DNA from: Callorhinchus milii
Taxonomy: Eukaryota
DNA length: 64,000 nucleotides
Assembly: GCF_018977255.1 (NCBI RefSeq)
Contig: NW_024704743.1
Location: 107,324,001-107,388,000, forward strand
Reading direction: 5' to 3'
The position numbers and the translations under genes were made by a program. Numbering within the stretch: position 1 is the first letter of the stretch; each line of letters starts with the position of its first letter. This document shows, piece by piece, positions 1 to 13,000 of this stretch. The notes under the pieces are model-generated. The model did not search any database and was not told the origin of the DNA. It saw only the letters and a program-made list of their open reading frames with translations.

Positions 1-2058
1 GGCCTGAAGGCACAATCTTTTGGCTGTGACCATTAAGTGTAACCATAGTAACGGACACATTTATTTCTTGGATTAGTCTACCACTGAAAATATTAACGTA
101 ATGCACTAAATGGGGATTTACCATAATCTGTTGATGGTAGGATGAAGTTTTAAAAGGTCCAATGCCCTTTCAATGCAGAAAATATTATACCTTGAGAAAA
201 TAGCCTGTTGCCAAGTGGTGAGATCTATTAAATAACCAACCAGCCATTTTACACTCTATTGCGATCAGGGCTTAGCAAAACAAAATGTATGCAAACCTTT
301 CTCTGCAACAAGGCATCCACGTCAAGTTTTAAAATTGTTCCACATATATTATTTACATATACTGCATTATATACTGTATAATGCAGCATAAATCACAGTT
401 CATTGAATAAGAAACAGCTGCTTTAAAAGCATACAAGAAATGTGTTTGTTTCCACAAGTGCTTACTTTAAACATAAATAACTCAAACAAATAATGGAGTG
501 AAGGTTTAGCAAAAAAAAGTGTAAAACTTTATCACCCTGTACTTCCAATTATTGAGGAAAAAAACATGTGTTTTAACATCAGAGCTTTCTGAGATAATTG
601 TAACATTTATAACTATAATTCTTTTGAGACAATGTATTATGATAAAATTACTGAACAACATTTAGTTAAATTCACTGTAATATCATAGTGCAGACACAAA
701 ATGTTTCCACTTGCTAAAAGAGACACGTTTTATACTTTATAAAAATTCATCAGTTTTAATTCAGCAGAACAAGCCTTCCTTTATTTTAACTTAATCAAAG
801 GTTTTGCAAAGCTTAAGAACATTTCATGACCCTTCAATGATATTTCTATTTGTTTTGTTTGGAAAGCTAAGCAGTTTAGCTTTAGTTGGTTTTATTAAGC
901 AACCATTAGCTGAGCAGTGTTTCGTTTTGTTTACCTATTGAATTAACACAACAAAAAGTGTTAAAATGAACAAACAGACCAAACCAATGGGAAAATAAAC
1001 AATAACATGTTTTTAATATAAAACCAAACATTGCTTGATGTTGATATCTGAAGATTTTGAAAATAAATTTGTATAGACATTAGAGCACCTTCAAAGGATT
1101 TTGTAGCATTTGAGTTGATATACAGTTGCCAGCCTGGAGTCTAGGCAGATTGCTCCATCATTCAATTTAAATATTTAAAGTCTCAATTTGCATTTCCTTT
1201 TTGCTTTGGTCAAAAAATACCATATCACAAATTAGCTAATGTGCTTCGCTTCTGTCCATTCCTGAAATTCTAATTTATCATAAGAAGCAATAGAAATTAA
1301 AGTATTTTTGGGAACAAAATTTACTCTAACTTTGTAGCATTTCAGAGGTTCAGAAATCTGACAAATTGTTGAATTCAGTCTTAAATTTGAATGTAGTTCT
1401 TAAAAAAAACTTACATTAAAAACTGCTTCAAAATGAAGGCTGCATTTATAATAATATTTACTGCATTTACCAAAATCTAAAACCCTACCGAAATAAGAGT
1501 AACTCTAAACCCACTGAATTTCCACACCGAGATGGCTTGGAGGTGCAAAATGTTGCTGTCTTATTGGACAGCATCAGTTCCACAGGATCATTGTACTCAG
1601 AATCTCTTTCCCTACTCCCCCATCATGGAAACCACAAGTCACAAGACTGGTTTGGATAAAGAAGACTCTTCAGTCCATCTGATCTTATCCTTCCAGAATA
1701 CCCACCTGCTGTTTCTACATCAAGCTGCTTTTTTAAACGAGTCCAGTGTCCCAGCTTCAACCACCTTTTCTGTAGCATTTCAGAGATCCGGAATTTGGTA
1801 AATCTTTTGTCAGTCTTACTTCAGTCTCAATTTCCTGTAATTCCTCAATGAAACTTACAGAAAACCTGCTTTATAAAGCTGAACAAAATTAAATTTAACC
1901 CATTGCAAATATGTAGAGGGAAGATTGTTATTTCTAGCTCTGAATCTCAGCGTGGTTCTCTAGGAGGAGCATAAAAAAGGAATACTTCCTCACATGGAAA
2001 GTGAAAATAGTCGTGCACTTTGGCCACTTGCAGACTTCAGTGACTGTTTATGAGCTGT

Positions 2059-2606
2059 AACAACAACAACAACTTGGATTTATATAGCGCCCTCCATGCC
2101 AGATGGCATCTCAGAGTGCTTCACAGTAATGGATCCCGGGGCTGAGCCAGGGGGAGGGAGGTGACCAAAGGCACGGTCGAAGAAAAAGGTCTTCAGCAGA
2201 GACCTGAAAATAGAAAGAGAGGGAGCGAGTGAGGAAGGGAATTCCAGAGCCTCGGGGCATAGTGGCTGAAGGCACGGCCACCAAGGGTGGAGTGGAAGAC
2301 GAGGAGGACGAGGAGGAAGCCAGATCTGGAGGAACAAAGGCAACGGGTACTGTTTTGAGGAGAGAGAGGTCAGAGAGGTAGGGGTGTGCAGAGGAGTGGA
2401 GGGATTTGAATACAAGGGGGAGGATCTTGAAGTCGATCCTCTCTGGGATAGGCAGCCAGTGCAGTCTGGCGAGGACTGGGGTGATCGAGGAGTGGAGTTT
2501 GGTGCGGGTGAGAATGCAGGTGGCAGAGTTTTGAATGATCTGGATTTTATGGACGGTAGTGCATGGGAGACCGGCGAGGAGGGCGTTAGAATAGTCCAGC
2601 CGAAAA
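2059..2606 (-). mobile_element. L2-clade LINE, 5'-truncated 3' end
   Basis: ORF 2111-2614 contains [13 protein letters not shown]...IQNSA..ILT...[22 protein letters not shown], the L2 ORF2 C-terminus; ends in GGGCGCTATATAAA plus a (GTT)n tail. Confidence 0.9.
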
Positions 2607-2711
2607 AAGGCCATCTCTCTCAGTTGGAGAATGGGTCACATCCTGAAAGGGGAAACTTAGTTTTACAAAGGACATAGAAGTTACCGATAGAAAATTGCAA
2701 AGCCTATTATA

Positions 2712-3032
2712 GTAACAATAAGTAATAATTCTTGCATTTTATATTGTGCTTTTCAAGTCTTCTAAACGTCTCAAAGAGCTTCACTGGATATACAGTAAAG
2801 TGAATTGACTGTATATTTCTGGACGAAACGCGGCAGCCAATTGCACACAGCAGAGTTCCACAAACAGTTGTGGATTGAGTGACCAAAGTGTTATTTTATT
2901 TATTTCCTTGAGGGATTATTATCAGGCGTGTGGAGTAAGGAAACTTGTCCAAGGTTTCGCCCTGCTGGGAATCAAACCCAGGTCTCTCGCTTGTGGGGCA
3001 AGTGCTCAAACCACTGAGCTACAGGACTCCAC
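2712..3032 (-). mobile_element. Full-length tRNA-derived SINE (short subfamily) with L2-like tail
   Basis: Head GTGGAGTCCTGTAGCTCAGTGG (A box) ... GGTTTGATTCC (B box), body shared with many copies in the window, (TAT)n-like tail. Confidence 0.9.
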
Positions 3033-3244
3033 CCTATTCAGCACTCAATATGTTACACTGGATGCACTGATCCAAAAGCCCTGCACAAAACACTTCAGAA
3101 AACAATGAGTTGTTTTTTTAGAGTGAACTTTGTATTCTATTTATGAATTATACGTATTAGTGTGCCTCAGTGGTTGTTGTCAAAACTTCAAATCTGATTC
3201 TGAGTAGCAAGAAATATACTTATTACGAGATGCAAAAGCAGTCT

Positions 3245-3885
3245 ACACGTTTGACTCAATGCTTAAAATGCTCTATGTGGTGTGGGACTGAACCCCACGC
3301 AAAACAGGAAGGTCTCAGGTTCGATCTCTGGTTTACTCTAACTTTGCAGATCTCAGCTGGCCAGTAACAGTGAATTACATTTGGCATCGGTGTCCCGGTA
3401 GCTAAGAAGGCGGAAAGCAAATCAGGCAGGGTTCTCACTCCTGTTCTTTACAATGAACCTGTATGAAGTGCTTGTGTACATGCACAGATGCCAAGTGAAG
3501 ACAAAATTGGGCTCAGCTGTGATATTCCCACATGCTGAATAGCCAGCTAATATCTAGAATCTTTCTCATCATGTAGGTTCACACATTAAAAACAGCCACT
3601 TCAGTGAGGCACCTGAGCGAGGCTGGTGCCTGTGGAAATATACTCCAACAACAGTCACCACCTTCAGTGGAAAAAGGCAATATTTTTTTCTGGGGGGAGG
3701 TTGACGTTTTGCTTCTATGAAGTATCACACTGTGCTATAATGTTTGTAAAATATTGTAAAAATGTTTGTAAAACGTGGCAAAACATTCTCAGCTTGGGCA
3801 CCCATCCAGTATTGTGAAAGACTTTGAGACATCCTCCCAGCATTCAAGGCATTATATAAATGTAAATTGTGTCTATTGTATTGTA
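3245..3885 (+). mobile_element. Old tRNA-derived SINE resembling AmnSINE2
   Basis: CAGGAAGGTCTCAGGTTCGATCTCTGGT...GATCTCAGCTGG...AATCAGGCAGGGTTCTCACTCCTG...GGGCTCAGCTGTGAT...GGTGCCTGTGGAA is collinear with my recollection of the AmnSINE2 consensus; L2-like tail at about 3810-3885. Confidence 0.55.
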
Positions 3886-3969
3886 AAATCAGGCACTGTC
3901 AATATCTGGATCAACTGCGAAACTTCCACCATGTTGCAGAAACTTATTGCTCTGTGCCCGTAATTACCA

Positions 3970-4077
3970 TTGCCCACAAATATACAGTCAATTGACTTTA
4001 CAGTACATTTTGGGAGCGCTTTCAGATGTCAAGAACACGTGAAAAGCGCTATATCAAAAGCAAGGATTATTATTATT
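3970..4077 (+). mobile_element. SINE 3' fragment
   Basis: GCCCACAAATATACAGTCAATT...GAAAAGCGCTATATCAAAAGCAAGGATTATTATT. Confidence 0.85.
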
Positions 4078-5113
4078 GCACTTTGTTGTCTCAAAACAAC
4101 AGTTTACATACTTTTTTTTACACACATTTACCAGTAACATTCAGGTGTGTATATCACCAATGTATTTAAGAGAAAACTTAATGCATATGTAAGAGACAAG
4201 TGAAAAGAGAATTATAAGTGAGGGGAATAGGAGATGTGGGGGCTTGTGAGCCAAATGGCCTATTTTCATCCCATACTATTACACAATATCTATGCAACAG
4301 TGTATAACTGTATAATTGTCTTGCGGCCACCAATCTAACTGAACTGGCCCATTCTACACTCTGTTAACGTGTCTCCAAGTCAGACTTCTAAATTTACACC
4401 CATTTCAATATGAAACAAATGCCAAAATGCTTTGATAATATAGAGGTGAAATAAATGTGGTATGCGATAATTATCACATCTTACACCACATTTTTCTTAC
4501 CACATAGAGGTAACTTTCCTCCGATCAGTACATTTACAAACCTTCGCGGTGTGAGTTCAGGATAGGAAATGTCACCGTCATAAACACACACCTCGAAGGT
4601 TTGAATAGTTACAGAACAATGTTCTTAACAGTCTCTCACCAGTCCAAACATTTTTTTTATATATAAAATGTATCTTTTAACTGACATAACAAAACAGAAG
4701 CATCTTCCTATCTCACATTGTGGAAGTAATCGCTGCGAGATCAGGCCAGGCAGTTCTGAAAGGCCATTTTATGTTTCTACCACAGCCAAAATCTCACTAG
4801 CTAGGTCTGAAAGGTTGCCTGCATGCAAGCTGCTTCAACCACATGGTTTCCCTGTTATGGTTTTTGATTTCAACAGATAATAAACAGGCAGGATATAATT
4901 CAGCCATGTCACAATGGATAATGTTTCACCAGAAAAGGTAGAGGGTCCACCTGCCAGATGAAGGTGGAACATTATCCTACTTGAATCAACATGACAGTGG
5001 TCTACTTCACCCAGATGCCTGACCTTCAAAAGGAGACTTACAACCAGGTGGGTACCTCAAATGGTATAAGGCACTCGTGTATCACTAAAAAGCAAGTTTA
5101 TAAGAAGCAGCAT

Positions 5114-5336
5114 GGGCCTGAAATTCTCATGTTCTTAGATTTAAGGGCACTGCCTTAAAATTGAAGATCAGATGGAAGTTTGGAGAACAATGCTAAATTC
5201 AGTTTTCATTTGGAAATTGATTTAATTTGAGTCTTGCCAAATTAAGGTTAAATTTAAGGCTGCTTTCTAAAGTTCCACAAACATTAAATTTGAAGATAAT
5301 GATCTTAGGCCTAAGAGTGTGAAAAATGTCATGCCC
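5114..5336. mobile_element. Degenerate foldback element, candidate MITE
   Basis: Terminal inverted repeats GGGCCTGAAAT / ATGTCATGCCC (9/11 match) and imperfect internal symmetry; related AT-rich sequence at about 6200-6430 and 20860-21120. Confidence 0.45.
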
Positions 5337-8300
5337 CACATTGACAAAGCTGAACCCTGTAAACACATACTAAACCCCAAATCCATTTGTGTACAGCACT
5401 AGAAAAGGCTTTTTAAACCAAAACCAAATGATAAAGGCAACACTGCCACAATCACAACCGCACAGTAACCTTACATAAGATCCATCTTATTTCTGTTGAT
5501 TTTTTTATTTTACAAATTCAAGTGAAGATTTACGTCAAGATTTCCTTATATTCCAGAATGTGAAGCACTGCACAGACAACATTCAATGTTACAAACATTG
5601 TTTGCAACAATATTGATTTTTTTCAAGGGAGAATCCTCTGGAATTTTAAAATTCACTTTTATTTTATTCCTGCAAACACTAGTTAAAGAGTTTGCTTCCT
5701 AGCTGGATGGTCTTGAGTTCAATTCCCATGACTGCTTCCCAATAGAACGTAGTTGCAGTTGTTACAAAGTCTAATCGACAACTTGCATTAATATGGTATC
5801 ATTCACACAAGGTTCACACATGGCTATCGAAAGGTAGTACCAGTTGCAAATACAGATTTTGGGAAACCAAATTGAGATTTTGGGAAAACCCAAACTCCTC
5901 AGCCTTGTTTCTGTAATTTATTTTTATATACCTTTAGATTCAATCCTGTTCTCCTCAATATAACAATATGGATATCATTGGCTATCACCAATGTCACTGT
6001 AAGGCCAACCCACAGGAAGAACATTAAGCTGTGGTAAAGACACGACCCTAGACATTTCCTCTCAATGTCACACACAACTCAGCTGAGATGAGTATCCTCT
6101 CCCCAAATGAAGTTTGAATTGGTCTCAAGGCTAGAAATTCAAACTCAAGTCTCCTAGCCCACAGCTCAAAACTAACATTGGGAACTCAAGGACAAACTTG
6201 AGGTTCAAAATTCATAGCCTAAAGACTATTGTCTTCAAATATAAGGTAGAGAATTTGGGATATATTTTAACTTCAGTTTTAATTTTGAAAACAAGTTTTG
6301 CACAGCTCATTTTAAGAACTGCAGGAATCATCTTACAAATTAAAATTATGGTTGAAATTAAGAACTTTCCAAAATCTTACATTTTAAGGCAACAACTCAG
6401 ACAATGAGGCATTTGCGCTTCTGATTTCTTAATACCCAAATTACAGTATTTAATTCTATAAACACCAATTTAGAAGCAATTTACTACAGTATACGTATTT
6501 TAAACTTGTCTCAGTCTTCACTTTCCCCTGCAATCTATAGGCTTTTTAAATTGTGTATTGTCACCTAAACCTTCAAGCTTGGTGGTATTCTGTATTATGG
6601 ACCTTGACGTCTCACCTCACTTTCTCATTAAAATAAAGAGATATAAACCCATCTGTTATATGTTGTACTCCTAGCTTTATGCCCCATATCTATAACTTGG
6701 ATTACTTACCTCCCCTTTAGTATCATAGAGCTATCTGATCACATATCTGAACGTGCATTAGTTGGATCTGCAGCTAATTTTTTTTAAAATAAAGAATCTG
6801 AATATGGCACTAAATATTTAGCCAATCACCACGTACCTGCACAACCCGTTATTAGCTCTGGATAACAAGACCTCCATGTTATACTTTTATACAATAATTA
6901 GTTATCTCTGGTAATGATCTAGCTATTGTTAACTTCCAGTTTGTTAGTTGCTTGCAATTCCTGTAAGAAACCTGACATACATGCAAATTTGCTGTCAGAT
7001 GACAATTCTAAATATAATTGGCTGATATACTATAACCAATGAACAAACTAGTTTCATGACTACTCACTAGTTAATCTCAGTGGTTAAGAGTCTTCATCAG
7101 GACATTTTAAACAACACATACCAAATTTACTTGAATCTAATTTGCATGTGAATCTACAAGTAGATTTAAGAGGGTTTTGGGGTGGGTGGGGGGGATTTAC
7201 GGTCTTATTGCAATTCTAAAACACCATCAATTTTAAGGAGCACCTGAATTTGGGGATATTTTTTAATTTAACAAAAAATGCACCTTAAGATTTGAGTAAA
7301 GATAGTAATCGACCTCACAAAGCACAAGATAAGCTGAACAAAATAGGAGAATAAACATTTTTTAAAAAAATGATTCCAAGGTGATAGCTTAGATTGATAA
7401 CAGCTGTATTTTATAGTGTTTGATCACGTTAGAATATCTCAAAGCACAACAGACAAGTTAGTTTGGATTCTGGTTCTTACGCAGTAAAAGTGACAGTTAA
7501 TCTTTACCAGGAAAGTCCCACAAACAGTAATGAGATGAAAAACCAATTACACGTTTCATTCTGTTAAAAAATAAAAGTGACGCTGGAGATTTCTAACTTA
7601 ACAATGGTCTTCAATTTCAGTTAAGGTTCTTATATCGCAACAGATTGCTAGAGACCTACAATAAGTGTGGTAACAGTTATAAGACTCTGTAGCACAGTGC
7701 ATAAGATTAGCGTTTCAGGAATCTCTGGTTCTGAAGGCCAAATTGATAGTGATCTGTAATTGTGCATAAATGTCAAACTCTATAGAATATGTAGAACATT
7801 AAATAGAATCTGACAAGCTAAAACATACAAACATTGGTAGCATAAAATTACAACAATAAATGTGCTGTATTTACCAAGAGTCTGTAATTCTTTGTACAAA
7901 TAATACACTTCATACAAAGTTTAAAAGCTTTCGTCTGACCACAGATTAGAAAGTCCCAACACAACACACAACATGCTATAATTCTGAAAATATATTTTCG
8001 TGACTCATTACAGACAATGGACTGGGCTGAATAGTACTCATGATATTGCAGAATGTTTTGAGAAACAATTTCTGCAATGCAAATTATGGCAACTCATTTA
8101 TGGGTTTGTATCCCTTATCCCGACTGGCTGAATATTCATCTGCTATTTAATCAAATGTAATTGACTTACAGGATTACAGTTATTTCTTAAATTATTCACA
8201 CAACTGTTTTACCCTGACCTGTAGAGATATGGACCTCAGCAGTAATAAACTGCAGTGAGTCCTGTCAATGTACTCCCTCTGATATACACAGATGATATGC

Positions 8301-9787
8301 AATTAAAATCCCCTTTCACATTCCTGTGAGGCTGTCAATCAAGAGAAAAGCCTTTTTGACAGCATTCAATGAACCATACCGGGTAACCACTGAACAGGAA
8401 CTTAAACAGTAACAGCCTTTGTTACAAGCAAGGGAAAATTCTACCTTGATTAGCTTTATTGTAAGACATCTTTTTTACATTTTGACACATGATAAATTAA
8501 AGAAAAAAGCAAAGGTTACAGTAAGAGCAACATCAAAATGCTTCATCCTAAAATTAAGAGGATATAATAATCTAGATTTTGGCCAAAGCGGAAAAGATTA
8601 AGAGGTTTTCCAGTATCTCTCTGTGATGTTTTATTGCGTTGAACAGATCAGATTAAATGTTGGGAGTTCTGGTAAGGGATCAAGATTTTTAGGATAAGAA
8701 TAATCAAACCATTTTGATCTTTAACAACACTCATCCCACAGCACTTGGTAATGGATAAACATTCCATTACCACTCAATGAATTTTCCCAACCACAAATAA
8801 TCACTGTGTGATATATTAAGATCGCCTCAATGATTTAGTTATTTTCTATTGATGCCTATTGAGACATGTGTTTCCTAACTGAGAATTGCAATACTAAAGA
8901 ATGGATTTACGATCACATCATTTCTTACACATTCAGAAATTTTGACTCATTACAATTCATTTTGATGAAGCAATGCCAAAATAACGTGACATTATTGCTT
9001 TTTGACTCCTGTTGGTTAAAGCAGAGCTGACTACCACAATACAATTCCTTTTTTGACCTTCAAAAAATCATTAGTAAGATGAGCTGGGGGAGGGTGAGAG
9101 AGGCTGGATGATGTCTATCAGCTTTCGGCTTCACTCCCAGTCCTCAAAGAGCATGACAGAGTCAAAACTTCACCACAACAGCAAATGCACTCACAAGATA
9201 CTGATAGGTTCTAAGATGCAGGTACCTGTGCAAGTACCTACAGGGCTGATTTGATACCACTTTTAAAAGACATCACAATTTACACAAGTCATAAAGAATT
9301 AAAAGGCACAAGGAAAGGGTAGGGAACTGAGATTATATGGGGTCAATTTTGTCCTATTTAACATTGATTTCTTTGTTAAGAAATCTGAAAGTCTGCGATG
9401 CCGACCTTGCATTAATGCCACTGCAACCCAATCTATTTTCAAAACAACATTCCTTGAATGTGGAGTGACTTTATATGACGTATGTCTGTTAACTGGAGGA
9501 AGCCTACCCCAGGAAATATTAGTGCAGGTCTGTGACAACATTGTGATCTACTCTAGAACTGATCAAAAGTCACGGCTCCAACAGTGAGTAGCAGAATCTA
9601 AGAGCAAAGTAATCCCCATTTAAGCCACCTCAATCATTACCAAAAGCTTTTAAAATGATCATTTATGATTCTCACTTAAAACCACTACAGAACCCTTTGA
9701 ACGATATTTGATATGCCTTCGGTATATATGTAAAAATTGAACTTCTGCTTAGAAATATTCTTTTATGTGAAAGGCGCTAAATCAAAG

Positions 9788-10016
9788 TAATAATAATAAT
9801 CCTTGCATTTGATATAGCACTTTTCACATCTTCTAGACGTCTCAATGCGCTTCACAGAATAGACTGTAAAGTGAATTGACCATATATATGTGGGCGAAAC
9901 GCGGCAGCCAATTGCGCACAGCAGTGTCCCACAAGCAGTCGTGGATTGAAATGACCAATTTATTATTGTTTTTGTTTTTGGAGGGATTATTATTAGGCGT
10001 GTGGAGTAAGGAAACT
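9788..10016 (-). mobile_element. SINE, 5'-truncated
   Basis: Same body and tail as 2712-3032; ends before the tRNA head. Confidence 0.9.
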
Positions 10017-13000
10017 TTATTATACTTTACAAATAAGTATAACATTGAGAAACTGTATTTAATTTTCTTCCCTTTTCCTCTACATTGAATACCAACCCAA
10101 GCTTTCTTCAATGGGGAGAACCTGAGAGGGAGGCAGCTGGAGACTCGCGTGGCCCCACCTCCCAAAAGCAAATGCTGTTTTAATTGATTTGCTAACAGCA
10201 GTCGAGTATTCTCTCGAGTGAGACAGAAAAGTCTTCATTCTCCATGTTGCAACAGTCATACCTACTCTTCTCAATGCCGCAATTTGAATTAAGAACATTG
10301 TTCATTTGTAGATTTGTGAATCTCAAGCACTGATTGTTACTGGGAATCAAAGCAAAATCTACAAATGGATGATAAACTTCCTTCATAAAGATTAGGAAAC
10401 TTTCTCTATGGGTTCCATAAGTGAAGGTGGCAGTTAATGATGCCACTGTTTCAAACACCGTCGAGTCAAAGTTGCATTTTTCCTAAACATTTTCCATTCC
10501 TTAATTAAAGATACATTTGTTTAAAAACACTGCAATTTTTGACCACTACATTTTCTTTTGTTGATTCAAATTTTGTTTCGACCACAATTTAAATCCAGGT
10601 TCACTTAACTATTGAAAAGAATGTCTTGTACAACACACTGTCTGTTGTTGTTGATCAGCTCATTTCACAAAACAACAGTGTGGCCACAAAGAACATGACT
10701 AGAGCACCAATTCTAAATGAAATATAATTGACATGATTAGTATTAGATCTTGGAAAAACCTGACTCCCTTCTTTTCATGTTTTCTAAATGAGGTGATAGC
10801 AGATGCATCTTTACAGTAGCAATAGCGACATGTACCCACTAATGAGTGCCACATATGGCGCATGGCACAGCTGATCAAACTACTGTTTCCACTGCAAGAC
10901 ATAGATCGGGGAACAGAAACTCCAACAGTGGACAACTCTACTGTCTTGCAAAAAGCCTATGTTGTGATGGAAAACACACTGTGAATTAAATTTTGATGCT
11001 CTATACTAGATTAACTTAACACAGCAATCTTTATAAACAACATCAAATGAAACAAGCTACATTTGCAGGTGATCACTCCATGTTGTTATATCACAGAAGT
11101 ACATTAGATACTGAACAATCTGAAATTCAGTGTTACCATATGGTCATTTTTTTTCTGTTTTGTTGAGTTTCCCTTTTTTCAGATTGTTCCCAGTTTGTGT
11201 TGTGCATTAGCAATTCTTTCTTTTGTCGGTTCTTTTGTCCTCACAAAATTGGCAGCAGTCCAGATTCAAAGTAGATCTATTCATTTGCTGACCATATAAC
11301 CAATGCCATTCTAGTTCACATCAGCCTGAGAGCTAAGCTCTGCAAAGAATAAAAAGCTTGCCTCACCACTGACAAATGGTGTATATATTTTGCTGTGTTA
11401 AAACGGCAATACCATGTCTGAAACAAACAATATAACTTATCATTTCTCATTCACAAGCAAGCAGCTGCTAAAATACTCATCACCTAAAAACTTCAATAGC
11501 TGCCAAAGCCGTCTTCATAGCAAACTGTCACCATCATGTATAATGCGCATTGAAAAGGTGCAAGATTGAAAGCTGAAATATGTGTCAAATTCAACATTGA
11601 AGATATGATGCACAAACAATGCAGGGGAAGTATAGAAAATGCAATAGAAAGTACAAACAAAAATAAGAGTGTTTAACTGGTCTAGTGACTTTACAAATTC
11701 TAATCATTAGGTTCGAAGTTCTGCGCATTTCAAGCTTGTCTACAAAATGCAAGTGTGGTTTTGCAAAAGACAAAGTCATGAAAACATATGCCTTATGAAG
11801 GATTTACTATTGTAATGTGAAGAAAATCAGGAGAAAAATAAGGCATTGCATAGCTATTCGGCGAAGAAATTGAATGAGGGGTACGAGAGATAGAGTAGTA
11901 TAGGATTTGTTTTTACTTTGGGAGATAGACCAAGATGGTGCTTTCTAAGCCTTTGAATTCCTGTGTAAAATGTTAGCACTTTTTCTTTAGAGACTACTGA
12001 GCAGTCAAATGTTCTTAGAAATTAATATACAATTTTTTAAAAAAAAATTAATTTCCTCTTAAAATAGCATTTGATCCTAAAACTGAAACATACAAGGTAA
12101 GATGTTCTTTGCAGAAAACTAATCTTAAAGGGCTTCCTGTCTAACAGAGTATATAACAAGTAAACATCCCTCCTTGACTTATCTATCAGTTTAAACATCA
12201 AAGCTATATGTAAAGATACAAAACTCATCTTTTCTAAAGTAATCCAATCTTCAAACACTTCCATGTTCTTGTCTTTTTGAGTTATAGCATTAGAAAGGTT
12301 GAAAAAAAAGTCCAACTTGAGTTCCACAGCACAAGTGTCAAATTGAACGACTACCATTCACTTCAGATGCTGGCAAAACCATTAAAACATATTGGAATCT
12401 TTCGTAGGTTTGATCTGCACAGTTTAAAAGACAAGTCTTTGAACACGGCAAACTTGAAATCAACTCAATTTGAAAATTTATGGAGAATGGATTAACTACA
12501 AAAGTCTAAACGTGAATAACTTTAACTCCCAAAACAAAATTTAACAACCAAAAACAAAACAATGAGTTCAAATATAGCAAAACTGTCATTGGCAGTAATA
12601 AAATAATGAAGTTTGCGAAAAAAAACTTAATTAAAAAATTGAATAAAATTCTCTGGCCAAACAATATATAAATATCAACCTTGCACTTTTTTTCTTGAAA
12701 CTATCAAAATGCTTTGTTATCCAGGTTTTATAACTAACACTGTGATTGCAATTTACAACAAATTGAATATAGAACAACAGTTCTGTAGGACTTTTGTTGC
12801 CAGTGTGTCTTATCCAGTTCACACTGATCACACACCTCACAAGCTGTTCTTGTTGGGTTATCTGCTTACTTGGGACTGCCCAATGTGATGCCAAAAATGC
12901 TTAGGTTTCTGGGGTGGTAATATGTAATTTGGAACTGGATTAGTTTGTTAAGTGTTCTGAGGGTCACTTCAGGTTCGACCTCTTCTGTGTGTATCAGTCA

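Noticed and set aside
2950..3032. tRNA-like sequences with A and B boxes (also at about 33520-33598, 49745-49822, 58150-58230, 60478-60545)
   Set aside because: Each is attached to a SINE body and tail; they are SINE heads, not tRNA genes.
9150..9161. AGCATGACAGAG (SMTE), resembling part of TOX exon 2
   Set aside because: Wrong strand, and the flanking codons do not match; a chance 12-mer.
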